A DNA stretch of 64,000 nt. Source: Methanotrichaceae archaeon (GTDB lineage Archaea; Halobacteriota; Methanosarcinia; Methanotrichales; Methanotrichaceae). Position 1 is the stretch's first letter; every line of letters begins with the position of its first letter. The stretch is from contig CAVVKN010000023.1 in the NCBI GenBank assembly GCA_963748825.1, forward strand, positions 96,001 to 160,000. The letters are read 5' to 3'. The position numbers and the translations under genes were made by a program. The notes under the pieces were generated by a model that saw only the letters and a program-made list of their open reading frames with translations, was not told where the DNA came from and ran no database searches. Below are positions 53,035 to 63,629 of this stretch, piece after piece.

Positions 53035-53172
53035 ATGCCAACGAGTAAGAAACAAATGGAGAAGCTGAACAAAGTGAAGAAGGCCAAGGCAGAAGAGCTC
53101 TCGAAGCAGGCAGCTTCGGGTAGCCAATCCGCCAAGAAGAAGCTCAAGAAGCTCGAGAAAAAGATCAAGTGA
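53035..53172 (+). CDS. 45-aa Lys-rich basic small protein
   Basis: GAGGTGA RBS; MPTSKKQMEKLNKVKKAKAEELSKQAASGSQSAKKKLKKLEKKIK; T-rich tract downstream. Confidence 0.75.
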   Translation: MPTSKKQMEKLNKVKKAKAEELSKQAASGSQSAKKKLKKLEKKIK

Positions 53173-53991
53173 GCCGCCTGGCCTTTCCAACTATTTTTAT
53201 TTTCTTTTTAAAGGGCTAATATAAACGTATACAGCTTCGCAAGTCGTAAAATGCTCTTATCTGGAGGGTCGCGGAAGGCTTAATTTTCAAAGCCGGGAGA
53301 CTCCGAAAATGGAATTTGGGCGGAAAATACCATTTAGATGCCTATTTCGCAATTGGTCATAATTTCAGGACTCCACAATTGCCATGCATGCCCGAAAACT
53401 AGATATTCTATAACGAATAAAGTAGTAGTTTGTCGCGTAGTGTTTAGTAAGGACATGGTCCATAGGCCGATTAAGTCTGTCCGACCAATCATCCTGGCGC
53501 AGGATGATAGATTTCATCCTCCATCTCAGCTCGGATCGATCAATAATCCGGGGTCGGAAGGGCGCAGCGCAAATTTCGGCGCAGGTCTTCGGCAGTGGCG
53601 AAAATCGCCTTTTCAGGTGCAATGCCAAAATCGCCATGGATCATTTAAAGGAAAAAACGCGATGCAGGGAATGTGTGGAGGAAGCGGCTAGAGCCAGGCC
53701 CCCCATCGACCGATGATCGGGTCCCCTTAAAACGGGCGCTGTGCTAAAATTCCAGTGCTGCCTTGCCAAAAACTCACGCATTAGCCTTAGGCGAGATGAG
53801 ACGACCGCAATTCAGCGGCTCTGTTCCTCTGAGGAGGGCGCTGTGAATCAGCGTTTTTCTCGCCTTCTTTTCACCTGCTATTCCTGTTTTTAAGCATATT
53901 TTTTTCGCGAAACCCATGGTCTGAACAAAAAACTTATATCCTAGCACTATCATAAGGTTAGTATAGAGAAGTAATCGTAAGGTGAGATGAA

Positions 53992-54579
53992 ATGTGGGAC
54001 AAGAGATATCCGTCAATATTCGATATATTCGAGAGCTTTTCCAAGGGCTTTCCTTTTGAAAAGAAAGAAAAGTTCGAAGAGGACTGGTTCAAAGAGCCCT
54101 TTGAGGACATGATCAAACGGTTTGAGGAGAACATGCCTGCCGAGTTCAAGACCTTCGTGCGCGAAGAGGAAACACCAGGAGGAGTCTCTCGGCGATACGG
54201 CCCCTTCGTCTACGGATTCAGCTATACGGCAGAACCGGGAAAGGAGCCGGTCTTCAGCGAGTTTGGCAACATCAAGCCGTCCCATCGGGGCATCGAGCCA
54301 AGCTCGGGCAGAGAGCCACTGGTTGATGTCATGAACGAGAAGGAGAGGTACCGGATCTTCGTGGAGCTGCCCGGCGTGGACAAGGACAAGGTAAAATTGG
54401 ACGTGGCTGAGGACAGTGTAGAAATCAAGACGGATGACGATAAAAATTTCTACAAGATGATCTATCTCGACTCCGCCATCGATACGGACAGCGCTAAAGC
54501 CTCCTACAAGAACGGCGTCCTGACACTGGAGCTGGACAAGAAAGAAAAGAGAAAGGGAAAAGAGGTCAAAATCGAGTGA
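53992..54579 (+). CDS. hsp20: Archaeal Hsp20 small heat shock protein
   Basis: GPFVYGFS, EFGNI, REPLVDV, ELPGV, ASYKNGVL. Confidence 0.93.
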   Translation: MWDKRYPSIFDIFESFSKGFPFEKKEKFEEDWFKEPFEDMIKRFEENMPAEFKTFVREEETPGGVSRRYGPFVYGFSYTAEPGKEPVFSEFGNIKPSHRGIEPSSGREPLVDVMNEKERYRIFVELPGVDKDKVKLDVAEDSVEIKTDDDKNFYKMIYLDSAIDTDSAKASYKNGVLTLELDKKEKRKGKEVKIE

Positions 54580-54874
54580 GAAAGAATGGGCCGAGATGAA
54601 AAAACCGGCCTTTTGACCAATATATTCCTATCCTTCTATTATTTTTCAGATTTTTTTTGCGGCCGGCATTCACCGCAAGATCCGTTTTTTTTGATATGCT
54701 TCGACTGGTTGGGCATAATTATCCAATCATTGCCGCAAGCTATTGCCCAAAAAAGTGATCATTGGCGAAATATTTTCTCAAATATAGCCTACACAAGACC
54801 AATATGGCATTCATATGATTTAAAATAGAGCTATAAGCCCTCATAAAACGCCAATGTGAAAAATAGCTACTTAA

Positions 54875-55072
54875 ATGCAGACGGCCCAGGTATGCTACAT
54901 GCAGAGGGTGAGTGGTGTTTTGGAGCAGAGCAGGGTGGATGGAAATGAAGACACAAACAGCATACTATCCAGCCTTAAGAGATTGATGCACAACAAGTAT
55001 GGCGACATAATTCTTCTTTGCAGCGTGACTGTGGCCTTCGGGATGCTATTGGCAGTCTCGGCAGCCGGCTGA
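54875..55072 (+). CDS. Small protein with a C-terminal TM helix
   Basis: 65-aa ORF with a hydrophobic C-terminus. Confidence 0.45.
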   Translation: MQTAQVCYMQRVSGVLEQSRVDGNEDTNSILSSLKRLMHNKYGDIILLCSVTVAFGMLLAVSAAG

Positions 55073-55199
55073 GGCACTGCCTCAAGCAAATTTGCTTTTT
55101 CGACACCTATTTTCCATACCAATTTTTGCCAAGAATCGCACAATTACATAACAAAGATTAAATCACCCCTGGTGCTCTAAAACCATAGCGAGGATTGGC

Positions 55200-56957
55200 A
55201 TGGACAAGAATGAGTTGGTAAACGAACTCGCCAGAAGGCGCGGCTTTCTCTGGCCCGCCTTTGAGCTATATGGCGGAGCTGCGGGTTTTTACGATTACGG
55301 CCCACTGGGCGCGCCCCTCAAAAGGCGCATTGAGGACATCTGGCGGCAGTACTTCGTCATCGCCGAGGGATTTGCGGAGATCGAGGCGCCCACCATCGGC
55401 GTGGAGGGAATTTACCAGGCCTCCGGCCACTTGAGCGGCTTTTCCGATCCGCTTACCAGTTGCAAGGAGTGCAAAGAGGTCTACCGGGCTGATCACCTCA
55501 TCAAGCACATCATCGAGGTGCCCGATGCCTTAAGCAACGAGGAGATCTACAAGTGCATTCAGGAAAATGAGATAGGCTGCCCGGAGTGCGGAGGAGAGCT
55601 GTCCCAGGTATACGAGTTCAATCTCATGTTCAAGACCATGATCGGTCCAGGAAACAAGATGACCGGCTATCTGCGACCGGAGACGGCGCAGGGCATGTTC
55701 ATCAACTTCCCCCGGCTACTCCGCTACTTCCGCGATTCTCTGCCCTTTGCCGCGGTACAGATCGGCAAGTCCTTTAGAAACGAGATCTCGCCCCGCCAGG
55801 GAGTGATCAGGCTGCGGGAGTTCACTCAGGCCGAGGCGGAGATATTCATCGATCCGCGAGATAAGAGCCATCCCCGCTTTGCCGAGGTCGCGGACATCAA
55901 GATGAAGTTCTACTCCCAGGCAGCGCAGGAGAAGGGCGAAGAGGAGGAGATGACCTTTGGCGAGGCTGTGGAGAGAGGCATTGTGGCCCACCAGGCCCTG
56001 GCCTACTACGTGGCCCGCACCTATCAATTCCTCCTGGCTGTGGGCGTAGCCCCGGACAAGCTACGCTTCCGCCAGCACAAAGCCGATGAGATGGCTCACT
56101 ATGCCGCGGACTGCTGGGACGCGGAGGTCTTTTTGGACCGGCTGGGCTGGATTGAGATCGTGGGCGTGGCGGATAGGACTGACTTTGACCTCAAAGCCCA
56201 CACGTCCGTGAGCAAGGTCAATCTGAGCGTCTTCGTGCACTATGATAAGCCAGTCATGCGGAAGAAGCGCGTGATTAAGCCAAACTTCAAAGCTCTTGGA
56301 CCCAGGTTCAAAGGAAAAGCCAAAGCTGTGGGTGAGGCCCTCAAGGCTATTTCTCAAGAGGATCTAGATAGAAGCCTGAAAGGGGAAACGATTTCACTTA
56401 CGGTGGGGGAAGAAACTGTATGCATTGAACCGCTGCTATTCACTTTCGAGGACCTAGAAGAGGAGATTCGGGGAGAAGAGGTAGTACCTCACGTCATTGA
56501 GCCATCCTTTGGCATTGATCGGATTATCTACACCGTGCTGGACCACTCCTTCTACGCGGACGAGGTAGACGGCGAGACGCGCGCCGTGCTCAGATTCAAG
56601 TCGACGGTGGCCCCCATTGAGGTGGCAGTTCTGCCTTTGATGGACCGAAAGGAGCTGTCAGATCCGGCCAAGGCCATTTTGCAGGAGCTACGAACACGCG
56701 GCATGCGCGTGGACTACGATACATCCGGATCGATCGGCCGCAGATACCGGCGTAACGATGAGATCGGAACTCCATTCGCAGTCACCGTAGACTATGATAC
56801 GCTCGAGCAGGGCACCGTTACCATTCGAGACCGCGACACCATGCAGCAGGTCAAAGTCCCCCGCTGGCAAGTGGCAGACAAGCTTGCCGCATTGCTCGGA
56901 GGCCTACTCAAATTCCAGGATGCAGGGGATCTGGTTGCACCTGGGAAGAAGGAGTGA
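55200..56957 (+). CDS. glyS: Glycine--tRNA ligase (archaeal/eukaryotic type)
   Basis: GFYDYGPLG, YLRPETAQG, FRNEISPRQG, PHVIEPSFGIDR. Confidence 0.97.
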   Translation: MDKNELVNELARRRGFLWPAFELYGGAAGFYDYGPLGAPLKRRIEDIWRQYFVIAEGFAEIEAPTIGVEGIYQASGHLSGFSDPLTSCKECKEVYRADHLIKHIIEVPDALSNEEIYKCIQENEIGCPECGGELSQVYEFNLMFKTMIGPGNKMTGYLRPETAQGMFINFPRLLRYFRDSLPFAAVQIGKSFRNEISPRQGVIRLREFTQAEAEIFIDPRDKSHPRFAEVADIKMKFYSQAAQEKGEEEEMTFGEAVERGIVAHQALAYYVARTYQFLLAVGVAPDKLRFRQHKADEMAHYAADCWDAEVFLDRLGWIEIVGVADRTDFDLKAHTSVSKVNLSVFVHYDKPVMRKKRVIKPNFKALGPRFKGKAKAVGEALKAISQEDLDRSLKGETISLTVGEETVCIEPLLFTFEDLEEEIRGEEVVPHVIEPSFGIDRIIYTVLDHSFYADEVDGETRAVLRFKSTVAPIEVAVLPLMDRKELSDPAKAILQELRTRGMRVDYDTSGSIGRRYRRNDEIGTPFAVTVDYDTLEQGTVTIRDRDTMQQVKVPRWQVADKLAALLGGLLKFQDAGDLVAPGKKE

Positions 56958-57028
56958 GACTGCCGAAACGGGTGGAAAAAGGCAAAGATGGAACAATGGA
57001 ACAGTGAGCCAAGGAAGACTGACTGATC

Positions 57029-57670
57029 ATGCCTGAACTGGCCAAAGAGTGGCGCGCCATGCTGGTCAAAGAGCTGCGCCGAAAGGCCATTCACCTCACC
57101 GGCCTATCTGTTCCCTTTGGCATCATCTTTCTGGGGGCCGGCGTTACGGCGGGCGCAATCGCTCTGGCCTTAGCCGTATCTTTGCTGCTGGAGGTGCAAA
57201 GGTTGAATGGAAAGATCCGGCTGCCCGAGATACGCGACCACGAGGAGACAAAGGTTGCCGGCTACATTTATTACATGGTGGGCAGCCTTCTCTGTGTACT
57301 GCTCTTCCCGCCCATGATCGCCGTGACTGCCATGCTCTTTCTCACCCTGGGAGATACAGTAAGCGGTCTTGCCGGCTCCATTTTGAATAACTGCGATGTG
57401 CGAGGCGTGCCCGCCCCTGCGGGGAGAGGGCGCATCAAGCCCCTGCCCGTTGTTGCTGCCATGTTCATAGCCTGCCTTTTTATCGGCTACCTCACCTCCG
57501 GCTTTTCCGGCCTTTCTTTTCCTGTTTATCTGGCAGGAGCTGCGGCAGCTACCTTTGCTGATGGCGTGGCTATTATCATTAGAAACAGAAGCCTGGACGA
57601 CAATTTATCCATACCGATATTCTCGGGCACTCTCATGATTGCTGTCGCCTTGATCCCGCTGGCGGCGTAG
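57029..57670 (+). CDS. Polyprenol/dolichol kinase-like (CTP transferase family) membrane protein
   Basis: ELRRKAIHL, LGDTVSGL.G, DDNLSIP. Confidence 0.82.
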   Translation: MPELAKEWRAMLVKELRRKAIHLTGLSVPFGIIFLGAGVTAGAIALALAVSLLLEVQRLNGKIRLPEIRDHEETKVAGYIYYMVGSLLCVLLFPPMIAVTAMLFLTLGDTVSGLAGSILNNCDVRGVPAPAGRGRIKPLPVVAAMFIACLFIGYLTSGFSGLSFPVYLAGAAAATFADGVAIIIRNRSLDDNLSIPIFSGTLMIAVALIPLAA

Positions 57671-57757
57671 AAAAGGTTTTTTAAAGTATGCCATTGTATC
57701 ATTTCACGCTCACAAGCGGCAATTGCTGCTTGTTAAGGGAATTTAGGAGGAAATGGA

Positions 57758-58402
57758 ATGGATATTATTCTGATCGGTCCACCGGGATCCGGCAAGGGCA
57801 CACAGGCCAAGATGATCGTCGACAAGTATGCAGTTAAGCACGTCTCCACCGGAGACATACTGCGAGAGAACGTTCGCAATGGAACTCCTCTGGGCGTTGA
57901 GGCCAAGAAGTTCATGGATGCAGGCAAGCTGGTTCCGGACGCACTTCTCATTGATATCATCAAGGATCGCCTGGCCAAGGACGACGTCAAGGGCGGCTGG
58001 ATGCTGGACGGCTTCCCCCGGACCATGCCCCAGGCAGAGGCACTGGATAAGATCCTTCCCGCTCTGGGCCAGAAGATCGATGTCGTTTTGAACATTGATG
58101 TTCCCGATGCAGAGCTGGTCAAGCGCGTCACAGGCAGAAGGATGTGCAAGTGCGGCGCGACATATCATGAACTGTTCAATAAGCCAAAGGTTGCCGGAAA
58201 GTGCGATGCCTGCGGCGGCGAGCTGTACCAGAGGGCGGACGATAACGAGGCCACAGTCAAGCAGAGACTGACTGCCTACCATGCCCAGACCCAGCCGCTC
58301 ATCGACTACTACAACAAGAGGGGCATTGTCGCCACCGTCCTCGGTGTGGGCGATATCAAGACCATCTTCGGCGAAGTAGTCAAGGCTCTGGATAAGATTT
58401 AA
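57758..58402 (+). CDS. adk: Adenylate kinase (bacterial-type, Zn LID)
   Basis: GPPGSGKGTQ, HVSTGDILR, LDGFPRT, CKC..CDAC. Confidence 0.96.
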   Translation: MDIILIGPPGSGKGTQAKMIVDKYAVKHVSTGDILRENVRNGTPLGVEAKKFMDAGKLVPDALLIDIIKDRLAKDDVKGGWMLDGFPRTMPQAEALDKILPALGQKIDVVLNIDVPDAELVKRVTGRRMCKCGATYHELFNKPKVAGKCDACGGELYQRADDNEATVKQRLTAYHAQTQPLIDYYNKRGIVATVLGVGDIKTIFGEVVKALDKI

Positions 58403-58664
58403 GGACCTCTTCACAACTCTTTTTCTAACATTTTTTTGTAAAAGATTCTTCTGCATCTTGATTGCGGAGCAAAAAACACAGAGTCGCAGAGCGCACAGAG
58501 CACACGCAGTGATCCAAATACATCTAGAAAGTCAATAGTAACTCAGGGTTGGCCGCTGAAAATAGCGAAGAGCCTTCTCATCCTCATATCTCTAAACCAT
58601 TCTCCTCCACTTGATCCACAAATCCGGCAACCTTTTTATCCCCTCACCCCACTAGCCCATCCCC

Positions 58665-59340
58665 ATGATATTCGTCTATTCTCTCGGCGGCTCCATCCTG
58701 GCAGGCCGCGATGCCCAGAGCCTGCGGGAGTACGCCCAGGCTCTCAAAGAACTGGCCCAAGAGCACCAGATCTTCGTAGTAGTGGGCGGCGGCAGGATCG
58801 CCCGCGAGTACATCGAGAAGGCGCGCGCCCTGGGCGCATCGGAGATGTTCTGCGACACCATCGGCATTGGCGCCACCAAGCTCAACTCGGCGCTGCTCGT
58901 GGCCGCTCTGGGCGACTCTGCGCCGCAAGAAATCCCCGACACCTATGCCCAGGCCGCCCGGCTGGCCCAGCCCGGCAGGATCGTGGTCATGGGCGGCGTG
59001 GCCGTCGGCCAGACCACGGACGCCGTCGCCGCTCTCTTAGCGGAGTACGTGCACGCCGACAAGATCATCGTCGCCACATCGGTGGACGGAGTTTACACCG
59101 CCGATCCGGAGAAGGACCCCGAAGCGAAAAAGCTGGAGCGCATGACGCCACACCCAGCTGGCGCGCCTGGCCATGGAGACGGAGATGAAGGCCGGCTCGC
59201 GCTCGCCCGTCGATCCTCTGGCCGCCAAGATCATCGAGAGAAGCTGCATTCCCACGGCTATCGTTCTGGGCAGCAAAATAGAAAATTTGAAAAAAGGTGC
59301 CCTGGGTGGACACACGGGAACGGAAATCAGGCTGGAGTAA
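58665..59340 (+). CDS. pyrH: UMP kinase, apparent +1 frameshift ~59150
   Basis: SLGGS, VVGGGRIAREY, GQTTDAVAA, VDGVYTADP; corrected tail DPLAAKIIERS..GTEIRLE*. Confidence 0.92.
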
Positions 59341-60193
59341 GCGTCTTGACCAGGTCGCCGGGTGAGACGATGCCCCACAGGGCTCCTTGCTCGGAGACGA
59401 CCAGCTGGCTGGCGCCCGTCCGGCCCAGCATCTTGATGGCCTCGTAGATGGGCTCCTCGGAGTCGATGGTCAAAAAGCCGCGGGTCATGATCTCCCTGGC
59501 TTCCTGATTGGTCTTGCCGTCCGCCACAGCGCGGGTGATGTCGGCCATGTTGATCAATCCCGGTGAGCTGTCATCCACCAGTGCCTCGGAGACGCCGTTG
59601 TGCACCAGTATGCGCGATGCCTCCTGTAGAGTTGCGTTTGCCGGTATGTGTACGGCGCGGCGCGCGATGCCTTTAACGGCAACCTTGGGCACGGATATCA
59701 TCTCCACGATATGGAAGATGAGGCGGCTCATGGTGTCGTCCCTGCCCGTCACTTTGCCCCGGATGTAAAGCTTGTTTACGGGCGTGGGCCCGACCTCAAT
59801 GCAGTCTCCCACGTTGAAGTCCCTGATGTTGCCGATGATGCGCACCACGCCGTCGCATTGCTGCGAGTGCATGACTTTGTTGAAGATGATCTCGCTGGCG
59901 GTGGTGCCCTCCATCAACACACCATTCCGGATTACGGGGACGGTTACCACATCTCCCGTGGCCTCAATATTGAGCGCCTCGAAGGCTGCGCCCGTAGCCC
60001 TGTACCCGCCCTTGGGGCCAGGCACGCCTTCTACTAAGTTCAAGGCTTTGAGGGATTGCATCTGATTTCTGATGGTTCCGGGATTTCGGTCTATCAGCTC
60101 GGCAATCTCCTCACCCTTCACAGCTCGTCCTTCAACACGGTGAATGTTGATCAATGCGGTTAAGATGTCTCTTTGAACAGGTGTCAAATCCAT
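59327..60193 (-). CDS. wHTH + CBS-domain transcriptional regulator (COG2524-type)
   Basis: VKGEEIAE..RNPGTIRNQMQSLKAL..VPGPKGGY; CBS pair. Confidence 0.88.
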   Translation of the reverse strand: MDLTPVQRDILTALINIHRVEGRAVKGEEIAELIDRNPGTIRNQMQSLKALNLVEGVPGPKGGYRATGAAFEALNIEATGDVVTVPVIRNGVLMEGTTASEIIFNKVMHSQQCDGVVRIIGNIRDFNVGDCIEVGPTPVNKLYIRGKVTGRDDTMSRLIFHIVEMISVPKVAVKGIARRAVHIPANATLQEASRILVHNGVSEALVDDSSPGLINMADITRAVADGKTNQEAREIMTRGFLTIDSEEPIYEAIKMLGRTGASQLVVSEQGALWGIVSPGDLVKTLTPA

Positions 60194-60337
60194 AATTCGA
60201 TCGACATTGTTCATGATTAATGTCCTATATAGCTTTATTGATTGAAACATATGCCAGAAAAATTTAGTTTAACTTGAATCGGATTTTAAACGCTTCATTG
60301 CAGAGCAATTTTGCTTAAAAGTGGGAATAAAAACGCC

Positions 60338-61502
60338 TTATTTTCGCATAGGGCATACTTTGCTCTTTTTGTAGGGAAAAGCCCCCATGCGCCGCCAGAT
60401 TTTTTTAATGGGCTCTTCGAAAATGCTGCCCCAAGACTCTGGATAGCAGGAACAGGGATAGACCTCTCCGGCGGGTGTTATGTGCATCCAGCTGGTAGCG
60501 GCAAAGCAGCCGAAGCGCTTGTAGGCCTCGGGAACAGAAAATATCCTGGGCGGCGCTACGTTGCCCCGGACAAAGTCCTCCAGACGGGCGTGATCGGCGG
60601 GCAGAAGGGCGATATTCTGTCTCTCCGACCAGCGGCCTGTGCAGACCACCTCAAAGAACGTCAGCTCGTGCGCGCCCATGCGGCGAGCAAGCTCGTGGAA
60701 CCTCTGCAGATGAGGCATGTTCTCCCGGCGCAGGACCACGTAGAGGTCAACCAGCAGGCCGGCAGCGATGGCATTTTCGATGGCCTGCATGGCCTCCTGA
60801 AAAACCCCTGCCCGCCCGCGCATGGCATCATGCTCCGTCTCGATGGGGCTGTCCAGGCTGACGTTGACGGCATAAAGCCCCGCCTCCTTCAGCCGGCGCG
60901 CGAGCTTTGCCGTAAAGCCCGCCCCGGAAGTGAAGAGAGTGGAGATAGCCCGATCGTCCACAGATGCCACCAGCTCCGGTAGCTCCTGGTAGAGGGCCGG
61001 CTCCCCGCCATCGAATATGACCAGCGTGGTTCCCATGTCCAGAATCTGGCCGATGATGTCTTTGACCGTATCCGGAGAGAGGCGCAGCTTGTTTCCAGAA
61101 TTGGGCAGAGCGCAGTGGGCGCAGCGATTGGGGCACTCCTCGGTGATGGAGATGGTAACCTGGTCCGGGGTGCGCCTGCCCAAAAGAGCCCGCAGCCGGC
61201 TGTCGGCCAACCGGGAAAAGGCCCGGCTGGGGATGGGCGGTATCCAGGTAGACAGACAGAGCTTTTCAGAATCTGCGTGGGCAGGAAGCTGCCCGTCAAA
61301 CATCTGCAGGGCGGACTTAACGAGAGGCAGATGAGCCAGAGGGCCAGAGGCATCGACTTTCACCCGGGCCCCCTTCACCTGGTCTTGCTGCATTCGCCCC
61401 TCCTGCACCCTAGGCCTTGGCCTTGAGCAGGAGGCTGTCATAAAGCGGGTAGGATTTGCGGCCGGACCTTCCTTCTCCGTCTCTATCTCCCGCTCTGGCC
61501 AT
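60338..61502 (-). CDS. Radical SAM/SPASM-domain protein, apparent +1 shift ~61412
   Basis: CPNRCAHC, GGEP, GCFAA..G.VYPC; N-terminus MARAG..YPLYDS from an ATG overlapping the hisI stop. Confidence 0.85.
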
Positions 61503-61840
61503 CAATAGACATCCTTTGGATCAAAGACCTTCTCGCCCACGATAATGCCGTCCAGGGTGCGGTAGAAGCAGGACCTGTAGCCGGTATGGCACGCTCCGCC
61601 CTCTTGCTCGATCAGCAACAAAACTGCATCCTCGTCGCAGTCGATTCTGATCTCTAACACCCGCTGAAAATGCCCGGAGGACTCGCCCTTCAGCCAGAGC
61701 TTCTTTCGTGAGCGGGACCAGTAGTGGGCCTTGCCCGTCTCCCTGGTTTTGGCCAGGGCCTCGTCGTTCATGTAGGCCAGCATGAGCACCTCGCCGGTCT
61801 TGGCGTCCTGAGCAATAGCCGGGATCAACCTGTCAGTCAT
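61502..61840 (-). CDS. hisI: Phosphoribosyl-AMP cyclohydrolase
   Basis: [34 protein letters not shown]. Confidence 0.95.
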   Translation of the reverse strand: MTDRLIPAIAQDAKTGEVLMLAYMNDEALAKTRETGKAHYWSRSRKKLWLKGESSGHFQRVLEIRIDCDEDAVLLLIEQEGGACHTGYRSCFYRTLDGIIVGEKVFDPKDVY

Positions 61841-61904
61841 CGAGAAGATAATAGTGATATAACCTATAAGGGCCTTGCTGCATAGAGAAAAGGATAGAAT
61901 AAAA

Positions 61905-63074
61905 ATGAAATGCATCACCTGCAAAGGTAGGGGGTTGTGCGGCCGGCCCGTCTGCCCCATACTACGTCGGCTGGAGGAGACGGCGGCCCTGCCCCGCATC
62001 GGCCGCAGCCTGGAGGGCATGTCCCCACCCGAGGTCTTCGTGGGCAGGCACGGCTATCCACTGGTGAGAGCTGGACCCATGGTGCCGGCGGGCGGTACCT
62101 TGACGCCGCCCTCTCTGGCCATGGACATCGGCGAGATCATAGCTGCGCGCTCGGCCCTGGTCCGCTCCGAGAGCAAGATAGTAATAAAGGAGGCAGAGGC
62201 GCCGGGAAGGCTGCTGGAGGCCATGCAGCAGATCGCCCTGTCCTCGGCTCCGGTGGGCACTGAGGTCTCATTTTATCGGCCGCCCCAGGGCAGGCTGCAG
62301 TTTGACGGCGTGCTCTCTCCCTCCGGGCCCTCTGGTGAAATGAAGGGGATGCAGATCACCACCAATCCGCTCATTCCCAGGAAGGTGGACCAGATGGTCG
62401 AGGACAGGGACGCCGCTGCCGCCGCTGCCGTGGGCGAGCTTTACACCTGCGGCATCGGCACGGATCACATCTCACGCATGCTTTCCTTAGGCCTCTTGGG
62501 CAAGAGGAGAAAGCTGGTTCCCACTCGTTGGTCGATCACCGCCTCAGACGACATGATCGGCAAGCTGCTCAAGGAGACGGTTTTAGACCAGCCGCAGGTA
62601 AACGATTACTATCTCTTCTCCAGGGAGGATCTGGGAAATCACTTCGAGATCCTGCTTTTGCCACGGCCCTTCAGCTTCGAGCTGGTGGAGATCTGGATGG
62701 CCCGCTCCGTGTGGGCGGAGGAGGGCTTCATCGGCGGAGACAGAGAGGACGGGCAGGCAAAGAAGCAGTACAGCTCACTGGCGGGCGGCTACTACGCGGC
62801 GCGCCTCGCCGTTCTGGAGCACCTGGCCGGGCAGGGCCGCCAGGCTGGCGTGCTGGCGGTGCGGGAGATCTCGGAGGCCTACTGGGCCCCCCTGGGTGTT
62901 TGGGTAGTGCGAGAGGTGGCTAGAGCGGCCATGCGCTCGCCTCCGGCGCGCTTCGCAAGCCTGAGAGAGGCGATGGCGGAGATGGAAAAGAGAATCAAGA
63001 CGCCTGCAGGGCAGTGGCGCAAGGAAGCAAAGCTATTGTCCGCGCCGGTGCAGAGGAGCCTGATGGAATTTTGA
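61905..63074 (+). CDS. nreA: Nre family DNA repair protein with a C-terminal PIP box
   Basis: [41 protein letters not shown]-terminal QRSLMEF. Confidence 0.9.
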   Translation: MKCITCKGRGLCGRPVCPILRRLEETAALPRIGRSLEGMSPPEVFVGRHGYPLVRAGPMVPAGGTLTPPSLAMDIGEIIAARSALVRSESKIVIKEAEAPGRLLEAMQQIALSSAPVGTEVSFYRPPQGRLQFDGVLSPSGPSGEMKGMQITTNPLIPRKVDQMVEDRDAAAAAAVGELYTCGIGTDHISRMLSLGLLGKRRKLVPTRWSITASDDMIGKLLKETVLDQPQVNDYYLFSREDLGNHFEILLLPRPFSFELVEIWMARSVWAEEGFIGGDREDGQAKKQYSSLAGGYYAARLAVLEHLAGQGRQAGVLAVREISEAYWAPLGVWVVREVARAAMRSPPARFASLREAMAEMEKRIKTPAGQWRKEAKLLSAPVQRSLMEF

Positions 63075-63220
63075 TTGGGCGCTCTTAATGTCGTCGCCTA
63101 TCGAGGATTATGTCAAGGATATCAAGGGGAAGGTCTGCAAAAAGGGTTAGAAAAAAGGTGATGCTGCTTTAGGTATTCAGGATAATCCGCTGCATTTTCA
63201 TCGGAACAGAGTGTATAGTC

Positions 63221-63502
63221 TTACCATCTCCAACTGTACCGGTAATACGTGGTTCTCAGCGGGCCGTAGAAGTTGGTATTCCACCACGGATCAAAGGCAT
63301 TGTAGTAGTACGAAGGCGTGTACCAGTGGTAGGTCACCGGTTGCCACCAGCTTGAATGGTATACATTTCCAATTCCGTGAGGCGAGTGCCCATCATAATG
63401 TGGAATTGCCGCTGCGGTGCCCATGAAACAGAGCAGGCCAAAGGCCAGGATGGCCAATACAAGTTTGAGGTTTTTCGTTTTAATTCCTCCCATTACATGC
63501 AA
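63221..63502 (-). CDS. Small secreted Tyr/Trp/His-rich protein
   Basis: Signal peptide ending AAA; aromatic-rich mature part. Confidence 0.75.
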   Translation of the reverse strand: MHVMGGIKTKNLKLVLAILAFGLLCFMGTAAAIPHYDGHSPHGIGNVYHSSWWQPVTYHWYTPSYYYNAFDPWWNTNFYGPLRTTYYRYSWRW

Positions 63503-63629
63503 TCCTTGTGCATATAAAAGGATGATTTTTATGTAGATCTCGGCTCAAAGTCATATGAATATCTGTCAACCTTGCAGCTGCGATTTTGATCGTACCGGTG
63601 GTTTTTTTTCGATGTCTTCGGGTCATAAG

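Noticed and set aside
58475-58510. Short CACAGAG/CGCAGAG repeats between adk and pyrH
   Set aside because: Only 3-4 degenerate units with no partner inverted copy; too weak to call a REP-like element
61410-61412. In-frame TAG as pyrrolysine readthrough in the radical SAM gene
   Set aside because: Readthrough stays in the wrong frame, whereas removing one base joins the N-terminus to the radical SAM frame; no pyl genes are in the window
2185-63426. Numerous long antisense or overlapping ORFs in the track (e.g. 8884-9729, 45336-46349, 57743-58456)
   Set aside because: Shadow ORFs of GC-rich, codon-biased real genes; no motifs or translation signals
60338-63502. RiPP cluster (SPASM enzyme plus aromatic-rich precursor)
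   Set aside because: The SPASM gene is coupled to hisI in a housekeeping-like operon, nre lies between them, and the peptide has a Sec-type signal rather than a RiPP leader
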